Sequence record: MW879344.1
DNA length: 64,000 nucleotides
Strand: one strand, 5' to 3'
The notes under the pieces are model-generated. The model had not been told where the DNA came from, did no database searches, and saw nothing but the letters and a program-made list of their open reading frames with translations. Positions 39,770 to 49,311 of this stretch are shown here, piece by piece; the stretch's first letter is position 1; each line of letters opens with the position of its first letter. The position numbers were made by a program, and so were the translations under genes.

Positions 39770-40231
39770 ATGGAAAGTAAAAATACTGAAAATGTAATGA
39801 CTGTTGAAATTTTCAAAGGAGCCACGCAAGAAACTATTTTTGTGTGTCGTTCACAAGGACAGTACTTTGCACCTGACCAAACGTATGATATTCATGAACA
39901 TGAATACATCAAACGCTACGATACACATTTTTATCATAAAATTGGTGAAAAGAATTGTCGAGAAAGTCATCGTGAAATCATGTTTGGTAAAGATGGAAAA
40001 CCTGGATATATCTTTAGTTTAGCTAAAGGTTTATCAAAATCATATAATTTAGGTGAACTTGACAGTATTATATTCACTTTTAGTGGATATGGTGACTGTA
40101 CGGGTGAAACCTTTATTGTTAGTACTCTAGACTATGCAGAAAAGGAAGAATTTCAGCAAATTGTCGATGACAAGGAATTACTCTTTAGTAAGTTTAAAGA
40201 AGCATTCCCTGAACATGAATTAAATTTATAA
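39770..40231 (+). CDS. hypothetical protein
   Basis: ORF track. Confidence 0.6.
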   Translation: MESKNTENVMTVEIFKGATQETIFVCRSQGQYFAPDQTYDIHEHEYIKRYDTHFYHKIGEKNCRESHREIMFGKDGKPGYIFSLAKGLSKSYNLGELDSIIFTFSGYGDCTGETFIVSTLDYAEKEEFQQIVDDKELLFSKFKEAFPEHELNL

Positions 40232-40436
40232 GGATGTATTATGATTACTACTGAAAATGTAACGCTATACGATACCCTAAATGAATCATATGGTTCTCCG
40301 TATGGCTTAGGATATAAGGGATATATCTTTGTGTTCGAAACTGTTGCTGAACGTGATTCTTGGATCAATGAATGCACCGACGAAGACTTAGATTATATCA
40401 TTGAAAATGAAAGTGTAGAAACCGAGGATTAAAACT

Positions 40437-40787
40437 ATGGGTTCGAATGTAGAAGCTTCAATTAATGTAAAACTTGTAAAACAACCACGTGGTATGAAAG
40501 GTGCTAAACCTGATATTGAACAAATTCATACTGATTTGTGTTCTATTGTTGAAAATGAAACGTTTTCTATTCATAGTAATACTAATATTGTGGCTGAACC
40601 AGAATGTCGTTGGAGTGAAATAGATTCTGATATGAAAAAATTATCAGTACTATATCCTGGAATTTTATTCACGGTTAAAGTTGTTATTCCAGACTATGAA
40701 GTAAATGAACTACATTACTTCTATGAAGGTAAAACTCACGAAGCTGTGATCACATTCTCACCATTCGATGAAGCACTTTTGAAATAA
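40437..40787 (+). CDS. hypothetical protein
   Basis: ORF track. Confidence 0.6.
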   Translation: MGSNVEASINVKLVKQPRGMKGAKPDIEQIHTDLCSIVENETFSIHSNTNIVAEPECRWSEIDSDMKKLSVLYPGILFTVKVVIPDYEVNELHYFYEGKTHEAVITFSPFDEALLK

Positions 40788-40805
40788 ATAAAGTACCACA
40801 AAAAA

Positions 40806-40834
40806 TGAAACAATATTATTTTTTGTGGTATAAT
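40806..40834 (+). promoter_or_regulatory. TGAAAC-N17-TATAAT promoter
   Basis: exact motif inside TACCACAAAAAA/TTTTTTGTGGTA inverted repeat. Confidence 0.7.
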
Positions 40835-40843
40835 ATTAGTATT

Positions 40844-40915
40844 CTCCTGTTAGCTCAATGGATAGAGCAGTAGCCTTCTAAGCTATAGATATAGGTTCGA
40901 TTCCTATACGGGAGA
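40844..40915 (+). tRNA. tRNA-Arg(UCU)
   Basis: cloverleaf, CT-TCT-AA. Confidence 0.93.
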
Positions 40916-40957
40916 CAAAACAAATACGCCTAAGCATATGCTTGGGCTTTTTTATGG

Positions 40958-41368
40958 GTGGATATTGTGGAAGAACAAACCTTTCCAGAAGAAATATTTA
41001 AAGCTCTAGAAGATATATATGTAAAATATATTATACCTAATGGTAAAGTTGATAAATTTCTATCATGGGCTGATTTAGAAGATAGAGATTTAACAGATTG
41101 TGGGTTTGAATTACATCCAGACTATGAAAATAAATATGAAAATTCTCACCATATTTGTTTGTATGGAACAATTGGAACCACTTATATAAGTGATAATAAT
41201 TTAACCTTCTTCTATCATGGTGGAGGACAACCACCTTCAGTACTTGACAATTACACTGAACTTACTGAAGAACGTCATTTCCAATTAGGGACAACCACCT
41301 TTCTTGCTGGTGTATTTGAATTACAAGATTTTCAAAAGATACACAACTATTTCAATAAGATTATGTAA
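40958..41368 (+). CDS. TEExxFQ-motif family protein
   Basis: LTEERHFQLGT. Confidence 0.6.
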   Translation: MDIVEEQTFPEEIFKALEDIYVKYIIPNGKVDKFLSWADLEDRDLTDCGFELHPDYENKYENSHHICLYGTIGTTYISDNNLTFFYHGGGQPPSVLDNYTELTEERHFQLGTTTFLAGVFELQDFQKIHNYFNKIM

Positions 41369-41819
41369 TATGAAAACTGTATTAGTATTTGACTATCACT
41401 TTATTGAACATGTAGAATATCCAGGTGGACCTGGTTGTTTAGGTACAGTAAAGTGGAATGAAATTGTAGAAGCTAATTTTACTACCTTCGAATTACAAGA
41501 CAATGGTTTATATTTGTCATGGGGATTGGAGCGGGAAGATGATGGTCATTATATAGAAATTCCAAGATATATATCATTTGATGAGATTGGTAAAGAACAG
41601 TACAGAATGTACAAAGAAGTCATAGAAAATGAATCATATTGGTTCGAAGATATTTCTATAGAAAGAGATTTTCTTTTATCGCAACTGTGCTATAATGAGT
41701 TGAACACCGTACAAAACCGTGCGTGGATTGAGTACTGGATTTTATATCAACATACTGAATGGACAAATGAATATGAAGAAAAACGAGCCAGAAAAGCCGC
41801 TGAAGCGTTCAACACGTAA
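41304..41819 (+). CDS. hypothetical protein (start probably 41370)
   Basis: ORF track. Confidence 0.6.
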   Translation: MLVYLNYKIFKRYTTISIRLCNMKTVLVFDYHFIEHVEYPGGPGCLGTVKWNEIVEANFTTFELQDNGLYLSWGLEREDDGHYIEIPRYISFDEIGKEQYRMYKEVIENESYWFEDISIERDFLLSQLCYNELNTVQNRAWIEYWILYQHTEWTNEYEEKRARKAAEAFNT

Positions 41820-42053
41820 TCCTTTACCGTGGCTTCAGCAATGGTTAAAAACGCCACAGATGCCTGTCAGTGAGCTTCCTGAAGTTCAAAAAAAGTGTAA
41901 AAAAGGGGCTTGACAATGAATCCGAGTAAGTGTAAAGTACATACATCGATGAGCGACGAAACTAAAGCTCGATTGAAAGAAATGATTAATCCGAAAAGTA
42001 ATGTTGTATTTGTAAACTTCAATTGTAAGTAATGGTAATTCAGGAGAATCAGA

Positions 42054-42323
42054 ATGAAGATGTTGAATTTACCTAGTACTGTAAAATGTAATGTCAATGG
42101 TTGTGAGCTTGAAGTTCCGCGTGGTATTCATTACATTGTAATTAATTACACTGGACATATTGACGCATATGAAACTAAACCATATTTGCGTGAAGGTATG
42201 TGGGTAAATGATGGTGAAGTAGGCATTTACCTTGGACATGCGAAACTTGAAGATAATGATGAATGGACACATCCATTCCTTGTTGATAAAAACCGTTTTA
42301 GTACATATAGTGATTGTGATTAA
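42054..42323 (+). CDS. hypothetical protein
   Basis: paralog-like to 18587..18832. Confidence 0.6.
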   Translation: MKMLNLPSTVKCNVNGCELEVPRGIHYIVINYTGHIDAYETKPYLREGMWVNDGEVGIYLGHAKLEDNDEWTHPFLVDKNRFSTYSDCD

Positions 42324-42409
42324 TTTTTGTTCAAGTCGTTGAAATTTTTGAGAAAAAGATGGAACGACTTAAAAAAGTCTGGTATAATATACGTATTGAA
42401 ACAACATAT

Positions 42410-42485
42410 GCCTTTGTAGCTCAGTTGGTAGAGCGGGAATCTCTAAAATTCTTTGTCGTCGGTTCGAGTCCGACCATCGGCACCA
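42410..42485 (+). tRNA. amber suppressor tRNA (anticodon CUA)
   Basis: GGAAT-CT-CTA-AA-ATTCT anticodon arm, canonical D/T arms, ACCA end; two mismatches in acceptor stem. Confidence 0.85.
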
Positions 42486-42487
42486 AT

Positions 42488-42596
42488 GTACAAATGATGG
42501 AATTGGTAAACATAACGTCCAACAATAGCTAATGCGACGATAGGAGGTGGGAAGTACCGCGAGGTTTCCTTATAGGTTCGAAGCCTATTTTGTGCA
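42488..42596 (+). tRNA. Leu-type tRNA-like element with 16-nt anticodon loop and enlarged variable arm (pseudo-tRNA)
   Basis: GTACAAA/TTTGTGC, ATG-GAATTGGTAAA-CAT, ATAGG-TTCGAAG-CCTAT. Confidence 0.6.
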
Positions 42597-42617
42597 CTTT
42601 TAATTGAGGGACATAAT

Positions 42618-42815
42618 ATGTCTAAATGTGAAAGTTGTAACGGAACTGGATACCATTATGCAGGTGATGGAATGGTATATGATTGTACTCCATGTAATAG
42701 TACAGGAAGTCAACGTACAGTAAGCACGGAAACTTTCGAAAAATTACAAGAAGAAATTCAAAAACCTTCTATGCCTACACTTATGTTACGAAAGTTAATG
42801 CGGCGGTTGAAGTAA
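42618..42815 (+). CDS. small protein with CxxCxGxG zinc-finger repeats
   Basis: CESCNGTG...CTPCNSTG. Confidence 0.6.
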   Translation: MSKCESCNGTGYHYAGDGMVYDCTPCNSTGSQRTVSTETFEKLQEEIQKPSMPTLMLRKLMRRLK

Positions 42816-42825
42816 AAACAAATTC

Positions 42826-42900
42826 GGCCCTTTAGCTCAGTGGTAGAGCAGGCGACTCATAATCGCTTGGTCGTTGGATCGTTCCCAACAAGGGCCACCA
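42826..42900 (+). tRNA. tRNA-Ile2(CAU)-like (ileX type)
   Basis: close to E. coli ileX body (GGCGA-CTCATAA-TCGCT); aberrant T-loop ATCGTTC. Confidence 0.8.
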
Positions 42901-43239
42901 TACACGCTACCTGATTAGTAGCTAGGAGAATTGCTATCTTCGAATGTAGCCAGTTGATCTTGGTAAAATAAGCTCTAATATGAGAGTACTCATATCTCGA
43001 CGTGGCGAGAATGGGATGGGGCTGGAGAGGAAACTCTGAGAAGGTCACGACCCCCGACCATTAACTATTAAGTGAGGTTTCATATGTGGAAATACATTAA
43101 GACCAATTTACATATAATTTTATTTGCAATTCTGGCTTTGATAGTACTTGGTATCGTCACTAATGCAATTGCAGATGGTATCGGGCGTATTGTTACTCAG
43201 CAGATGATTAATGATACCTATCTAATTCACAGGTGATTT

Positions 43240-43449
43240 ATGACAATTGCAGAAATACAAAAACAGCTTGCAAATTCTTTTCAAAACGGTTATTATATTC
43301 GTCGTCCACATTTTATCGCGTTAAACGTTGAGTTATACTTGGATAAGAATAACAACTTGTTCGAAATTGATACTCAAGAGGGTCGTGTGGTTGAAGTTGA
43401 ATTCACACGAGTAGAAAGTACTGTCACTGATTGGGAAATAATTTTATGA
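43240..43449 (+). CDS. small hypothetical protein
   Basis: ORF track. Confidence 0.5.
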   Translation: MTIAEIQKQLANSFQNGYYIRRPHFIALNVELYLDKNNNLFEIDTQEGRVVEVEFTRVESTVTDWEIIL

Positions 43450-43818
43450 GTCCTTCTGTAATCCGTATGATTTTTTCTGTTTCTTTGGGTATTATTGCAG
43501 CGGTTATTCATCCATATATTACTGCTGGTCATATTAGTAGCTTGATGTTAACTATTATATTCATTACTATTATGGCAGGTGGTGAAGCTTTGGGAGCATA
43601 CGCCGCGTCTTTGAAGAAAAAGGACATAAAATCATGATTTTGACCTTGATTTTTCTTTGGAGTCTGTTAAACTCTATTTCTGGTTGGGTGATGGCAACAA
43701 AAGCTGTCTTAATAGGAGATTATAGTACATTTTCCTATCGGGTGGGGAACTCATTACTATTCACTATTGTTTGTATTGATGCATTTCTCCGAATCTTTTC
43801 AGTTACACAAACAGGCTT

Positions 43819-44265
43819 GTGGTAATGAAACTATTAACTACTTCTGATTTTAAAACACAACACCTTGCAAAAATGTGTGTTGAATCACATCTATTTCATT
43901 CATATGCATGGACACTGTTTCAATGCTTTACTGATGTAATGGATGATGAAGATATTGCAAATACATCTGAGATTATGATTCTACAAGATGATTCTGGTAA
44001 GAATATTGGTACTATCTTCCACAATCATGAATATGAATCCAATTATTGGGGTACTAATATTCAGGTGTTTGTTATTGAATCTGAACGTGGAAAAGGTTAT
44101 GGCAAATTGCTGTACAAAGAAATGAACAAACTTCTTATTCAAAAGAAATTTGATGGAACACTTTATGCTGGTTCAGGTATTCAGGGTTCGATGGATTTTT
44201 GGGGTAAGATGGCTGAATTACATGAAAGTGACGAATGTCTGACTTTACAGGCTGAGTACTTTTAA
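43819..44265 (+). CDS. GNAT-family acetyltransferase
   Basis: VFVIESERGKGYGKLLY acetyl-CoA motif A. Confidence 0.75.
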   Translation: MVMKLLTTSDFKTQHLAKMCVESHLFHSYAWTLFQCFTDVMDDEDIANTSEIMILQDDSGKNIGTIFHNHEYESNYWGTNIQVFVIESERGKGYGKLLYKEMNKLLIQKKFDGTLYAGSGIQGSMDFWGKMAELHESDECLTLQAEYF

Positions 44266-44273
44266 TATATAAT

Positions 44274-44362
44274 GCGGGTGTGGCGGTATTGGCAGTACGC
44301 ACAGGACTTAAAATCCTGTAGGGGTTTCCCCCTTGTGAGTTCGAATCTCATCACCCGTACCA
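44274..44362 (+). tRNA. tRNA-Leu(UAA)
   Basis: class II cloverleaf, CT-TAA-AA, ACCA. Confidence 0.95.
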
Positions 44363-44395
44363 AATAACATTTCGAAGTAGTCTTTAGGAGACACT

Positions 44396-44707
44396 ATGAA
44401 AAAGATTTTTGTAGTACCAAATGGTGAAAGCTATTTTGGTGTTAGTATGGTAGCACTCACTGAAGATGGTGATTGTATCGCTGGTCATCTAAGTAGCAAT
44501 ACTACGTGGGGTCGCCATGATATGGGCATTGGTTCAGATTGGAAGCACGATCTTTATGATAAAGAATATGGTGCTGGACAATGGGAACTATTGTATGCTG
44601 ACGATGAAGTTATGGATTCAGAAGAATTCAAACTTGCAGTACAGCGTAATCATGAAAAAGGTGAAGCTGATGAACAGGAAGAAACTGAAGATGAAGAAAC
44701 TGAATAA
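44396..44707 (+). CDS. hypothetical protein
   Basis: AGGAG RBS. Confidence 0.6.
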   Translation: MKKIFVVPNGESYFGVSMVALTEDGDCIAGHLSSNTTWGRHDMGIGSDWKHDLYDKEYGAGQWELLYADDEVMDSEEFKLAVQRNHEKGEADEQEETEDEETE

Positions 44708-44933
44708 GTTAATTCTAGGAGCAATACTGTTAAGTACTTTCACGGTACAAGCAGACGCTCCACGCCAAGCACGTTATCATGCAGAATGTTCAAAACCTAT
44801 AGGTGTCTTCGACGAAGACATTTATGATTATAGTGAATATTCTTATGGTAGCTATAAAATTACACCACTTGTGGGTAAAAAAATATTATTCACAAATTCT
44901 TTTTGTGTATTCACTGAATACTAAGGTAAAAAT

Positions 44934-45167
44934 ATGAAGATTATCGAAGATGCAGTACTGGCTAAAATGAACCTTAAACGTCTGAAATCGCATCGTACTT
45001 CAGTACTGGCAAGTATTAACAAAGAGTTTTTTGATTATACCAAAGATGATGACCAAATTCGTTTTCCAGTAAATCATGATACGAAAGAATATGCTGATGC
45101 AATCGCGTATCGTAATAAAGTAAACAAATATTATGATGCTGCACGTTCAGCAGTAAAGGTGAAATAA
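44934..45167 (+). CDS. small hypothetical protein
   Basis: ORF track. Confidence 0.55.
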   Translation: MKIIEDAVLAKMNLKRLKSHRTSVLASINKEFFDYTKDDDQIRFPVNHDTKEYADAIAYRNKVNKYYDAARSAVKVK

Positions 45168-45424
45168 TGTCTGGAACATTTACAATTGTGCCACGGTACT
45201 GTATTGAAAGTGGTGAAGTTAGTGGTGTTGGTGAAATGATCGGACTAGATTGGAATGATGTATGTGATCTTGTATCTCGTGCTGGTCTTTATGGTGAAGA
45301 TGGTGCAGGTTACACTACTGTTCAAAAAGGTCAGACCTTTGGAAACGATTTAGATCTTATTTTCACTAAGATTTTTGAAGATAATCCATCTGCTGATGAA
45401 ATCTATATTCTTGATGATTTCTAA
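45167..45424 (+). CDS. small hypothetical protein
   Basis: coupled ORF. Confidence 0.55.
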   Translation: MSGTFTIVPRYCIESGEVSGVGEMIGLDWNDVCDLVSRAGLYGEDGAGYTTVQKGQTFGNDLDLIFTKIFEDNPSADEIYILDDF

Positions 45425-45616
45425 AAGGTAAATCTATGTGGATTGAATGTGATGACTTTACAAAAGTACCCGAAGGTACTTGGTTAGGAACTGCAATCGA
45501 AACTGACTGTAATAATCAAAAAATACTTGTTAAGATAGAAGTTGATCAAGCTTCTAACTATACCCTACGTATTGTTGATGGTCATCACGCATCTGATCGT
45601 GACTATTTGAAGCTCC

Positions 45617-46135
45617 TTGCCTATTGTGAACCACCAAAACTATTTGGAGAATAATATGATCGGCAGTACTGTGATATTTGAATATCATGAAATGTGTTAT
45701 CCTTACCATATTGCATGTTTTCATACCCATAAACAACTGACCAATGAAGAACTTGAAGCAGAGATGTGTAAAGTACTTGGTTGGGATGAAATGGATGATT
45801 GGCATCGCCATTCACTTAAATTTATTGATCACAATCGCCTACGCGGTTTGACAATTCTAGGTGAAGAAATTGATCCAGATATTATACGGGCATTGAAACG
45901 ATTCTTTCCTGAATCGTTGAAAGGTATGGGTGGTGATCAATCGTTTGGTAATTTTAGTTACCAATACTATGATGCTAAAGCAAACGAAGTTATTTGGATG
46001 AACTTATATCAAGAAGAACTTCAAGAACGTTTGCATGAATTGCAAAAAGCTTCAGCGATTCTTTATCAAGAACGGCGTTCTCGTGAAAAAGAGGAACGTA
46101 AAAATGACGAAAGCGGAACTACTGGAAATTCTTAA
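45617..46135 (+). CDS. hypothetical protein
   Basis: ORF track; start probably later. Confidence 0.6.
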   Translation: MPIVNHQNYLENNMIGSTVIFEYHEMCYPYHIACFHTHKQLTNEELEAEMCKVLGWDEMDDWHRHSLKFIDHNRLRGLTILGEEIDPDIIRALKRFFPESLKGMGGDQSFGNFSYQYYDAKANEVIWMNLYQEELQERLHELQKASAILYQERRSREKEERKNDESGTTGNS

Positions 46136-46718
46136 AGATTATTCAGATGATTCATGTATTGAAGTAGTTCATGGTGGTGCACATTTTGATATTACGTGTG
46201 TAGTACCTTATAATGATAATGGAACTATTATCGCTGAATTAGGAATTTTTGATCAAAAAACTATTCCTGAATCTGCAAAAAGGGTAATTTAAATGTCAAT
46301 AAAAATTGATCCAGAAACTCAAACTGCGGTAGACCCTGAAAGTATTGGTAAGGGTATGTGGAAACGTGCAGTACTAGCAATTTGTGTTATTGCTGCAATT
46401 ATTGTCACTGCAAAAATTCTGTAAAAAGTACTTGACAGATATTGATAATTTTGATATTATATCTGTCAAGGAATTTTTAATTAAGAACAAAAAAGGTACT
46501 TACATGAAAACTCTGTATTGCTGGGTCGCTGGTTTAATTAGTGTGATGGTTGGTATAATGATAACCTCTATCCGAATGGCAACATGGCCTCAAGGTAATA
46601 TGTATTATCTATCATATGATGAACGGCTGTTTGTCGGTTTGTGGGGTGGTGGTCTATTTTGTATGTGGGTGCTTATAATTGCACTTATTGTTTGGTTAGT
46701 TGTAAAAGGTACTGACTA

Positions 46719-47126
46719 ATGAATGAAGTAATTGAAACTTGGCTTAATAAGGCAAAAACGTATCCACCTGCGGAAATCTTTTTTGAAAAATACGGAAAAG
46801 AAGCAAAAGCAGAAGAACGCCTGAAAGGTGTTTGTGAAGAAGTATATCGTTTCTGTTTCCCTGAAAACCAAAAAAATCCATTAGGTGATTTGGGTGCTTC
46901 CTATCGTGATTTTGAAGTAGCTTATATTATGGGTTTTGAAGGTATGAAGCCAGAATATATTCAAAAAGTAAAAGATAAATTTCTCGAAGATGTGAAATTT
47001 GCAATTACTGCATTGGATAATCTGTTTAAAAAAGATCAAGTACTTCAACAGTATTATGCACCGTGGAAAGTTAAATTCTCTGAAATTAATTCTATTGTGT
47101 TCGATATGACTAAGGATTATCTATGA
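46719..47126 (+). CDS. hypothetical protein
   Basis: coupled ORF. Confidence 0.6.
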   Translation: MNEVIETWLNKAKTYPPAEIFFEKYGKEAKAEERLKGVCEEVYRFCFPENQKNPLGDLGASYRDFEVAYIMGFEGMKPEYIQKVKDKFLEDVKFAITALDNLFKKDQVLQQYYAPWKVKFSEINSIVFDMTKDYL

Positions 47127-47422
47127 AAAAGTTTCATCATGAACATCAAATTCATTTAGTATCACCTTGCATTGAACTTATTACCAATAATTCAGATTAT
47201 TGGGAAGTACGTGAACGCTTGGATGATAATATGAATGGTGAAGTATCATTGGTATGGGATCAGTATAATAGAAATCTTTTAAATCTCAGTATTAAAGTAC
47301 GTTCAGCCGATATTAATTATGCTGAAAAGCTTGATAAAGCTATTGACGATTTAGCTGGGTACTGTTATGATTACGAATGTAATATCCGTATCGGCGGTGA
47401 AATTGTTCGGAGTGAAGTATGA
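47123..47422 (+). CDS. hypothetical protein
   Basis: coupled ORF. Confidence 0.6.
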   Translation: MKKFHHEHQIHLVSPCIELITNNSDYWEVRERLDDNMNGEVSLVWDQYNRNLLNLSIKVRSADINYAEKLDKAIDDLAGYCYDYECNIRIGGEIVRSEV

Positions 47423-47655
47423 AACTTGTAGCAATCGAACGAATTGGTGATTTTTCTATGCCGTACTTGAAATTGTTCAAAGGTTCAGAAGATTCACCAT
47501 CACCTGAAGTAGTACTGGCAGAATTGGAAGCAGTTAATTATCAAATTAATGTATTCTCAGATCAGGATGAAAAATTAGATAAACAAATGACTCGTATTCT
47601 TAACCGTAATGGTTATACGGAGTTTGAACCACCAACGGTCACGATTAGTGACTAA
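47419..47655 (+). CDS. small hypothetical protein
   Basis: coupled ORF. Confidence 0.55.
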   Translation: MKLVAIERIGDFSMPYLKLFKGSEDSPSPEVVLAELEAVNYQINVFSDQDEKLDKQMTRILNRNGYTEFEPPTVTISD

Positions 47656-47662
47656 TTAATTT

Positions 47663-47778
47663 GCAGTGATCGTCTAGAGGCTTAGGACACGAAAAAGCGA
47701 TTCTTGGTTAAGAATCTTACGGCATCAATAAACTTTCATTTCACGAACGTAACGCAGGTTCGAATCCTGCTCACTGCA
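47663..47778 (+). tRNA. tRNA-Glu(UUC)-like gene interrupted by 43-nt helix/ACGGCA insert (47692-47734)
   Basis: Glu-type D arm GTCTAGAGGCTTAGGAC; CG|TTC-ATTTCAC-GAACG stem restored on removing the insert. Confidence 0.8.
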
Positions 47779-47796
47779 CTAATATTGGAGTAATAT

Positions 47797-48099
47797 ATGA
47801 AAAGTATTCTTCTCTTTGAGTACTTCGCAACTGGCGAAGGTTGGCGTACTGTAATCCGTTTCTATAATCAGAATCGTATTTCTGATGAGGCTGCACTGGA
47901 AACATTAAAATCAGAATTCGATCCATATTTTCATGTAGGATTTGAATTGCATGATATTAGTACTGTCAAGGATAACGCATCATTAATGCGTACTTTGAAA
48001 GAACATGTTCCAATTTTGTACAATTATGTTATGTTACCAGATGATGAATATCATCCAGTAATTAATGTAAAATATGAAGGTTATGTAAACTATTCATAA
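47797..48099 (+). CDS. hypothetical protein
   Basis: GGAG RBS. Confidence 0.6.
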   Translation: MKSILLFEYFATGEGWRTVIRFYNQNRISDEAALETLKSEFDPYFHVGFELHDISTVKDNASLMRTLKEHVPILYNYVMLPDDEYHPVINVKYEGYVNYS

Positions 48100-48108
48100 A
48101 AGTAATTT

Positions 48109-48234
48109 GTGGGGTTAGCTCAGTCTGGTAGAGCAGCGAAAGAAAAAACAATGGAATCTTGAAAAGGATTCTAACAGCATTATATCTTCTACTGTAAATT
48201 CGCAGGTCGGTGAGTTCGAATCCACCATCCCACA
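48109..48234 (+). tRNA. tRNA-Tyr(GUA)-like gene interrupted by 51-nt helix/ACAGCA insert (48141-48191)
   Basis: GCGAA|CT-GTA-AA-TTCGC; short variable loop; bulged T stem. Confidence 0.7.
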
Positions 48235-48307
48235 CAAATTTGTCTTGACATGGTGTATCCTGTGTGTTATATTACTATCATCAATTAAACGAGATAGGAT
48301 TTAAATT

Positions 48308-48580
48308 ATGGACGGGATTGCAATGCGTATTCAAGTCTTACCGAATGGTTTGATTATTGGTCATGTTGTTCCAAAAGAACATCCAGCGAATCGCTGTTAT
48401 AATTTGGAACCTAACCATGTATATGAACTTCAAATTGATCTTACTTATGGTAACGATAAATTGAAAAACATTGGCGAAGCTGATTTTAAAACTTCTGATG
48501 TTGATCCTCGTGGTTGTAGTATCGACCACTTGATTGCAGTAAGCAGTGGGCGTCATTTAACCGTGAATGATGGGAAATAA
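48308..48580 (+). CDS. hypothetical protein
   Basis: sigma70 promoter at about 48246. Confidence 0.55.
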   Translation: MDGIAMRIQVLPNGLIIGHVVPKEHPANRCYNLEPNHVYELQIDLTYGNDKLKNIGEADFKTSDVDPRGCSIDHLIAVSSGRHLTVNDGK

Positions 48581-48582
48581 AA

Positions 48583-48948
48583 ATGAAAGTATTCATTGAT
48601 GATATTCGTGACCCAAAAAATTACTTGACACCAGAACAGGCTGATGGTATTATTTGGATCAAAGAGTGGTGGTCAGCAAAACGCTTTTTGATTGATCATG
48701 CTGCTGAAATTGAAGTGATTCATTTTGACCATTACATGGATGAACCAACGTTAACTGGTAAAGATTTATTCTTTATGGTTGCTGGGGATTGTATGTGGGG
48801 TGGAAAAGAAACATGGATTAAACTACAGAAAATTTATTTACATTCTTCTGATGTTGATATGGTTGAAGAACTTGTTGAAGAATATAGTACTGAATTGGCT
48901 GAAGCTGGTGTTGAGCTTATTGATAACCATCAAGAAAGGAACTACTAA
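48583..48948 (+). CDS. cyclic-phosphate-processing receiver-like domain protein, copy 1
   Basis: VFIDDIRDP...IHFDHY...TGKD...IYLHSS. Confidence 0.65.
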   Translation: MKVFIDDIRDPKNYLTPEQADGIIWIKEWWSAKRFLIDHAAEIEVIHFDHYMDEPTLTGKDLFFMVAGDCMWGGKETWIKLQKIYLHSSDVDMVEELVEEYSTELAEAGVELIDNHQERNY

Positions 48949-49305
48949 ATGAAAGTTTATGTAGATGATATTCGTAATCCACAAAACCATCTAAGTTCTG
49001 AACAGGCAGCCGATGTAGTATGGATTAAAGAATGGTGGGATGCACGTAACTTTATCTTTTATAATAATTTAGAAATTGAAGTGATTCATTTAGATAATTA
49101 TCTAGGTGACCGTACCCACACTGGGGCTGATTTACTTCAAATGATTACATATAGGTTTCGCCGTGGGGAATTCCCTAAGTTGAAACAAATTTATCTTCAC
49201 AGTTCTGATAAAGATATTGTGAATAAACTGTATGACAAACATATTGAACGTTGTACAGAAGCTGGTGTTGAATTAATTAAAAATTCACGTCCAAACCGTA
49301 GTTAA
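48949..49305 (+). CDS. cyclic-phosphate-processing receiver-like domain protein, copy 2
   Basis: VYVDDIRNP...IHLDNYLG..TGAD...IYLHSS; tandem paralog. Confidence 0.65.
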   Translation: MKVYVDDIRNPQNHLSSEQAADVVWIKEWWDARNFIFYNNLEIEVIHLDNYLGDRTHTGADLLQMITYRFRRGEFPKLKQIYLHSSDKDIVNKLYDKHIERCTEAGVELIKNSRPNRS

Positions 49306-49311
49306 ACAAAT

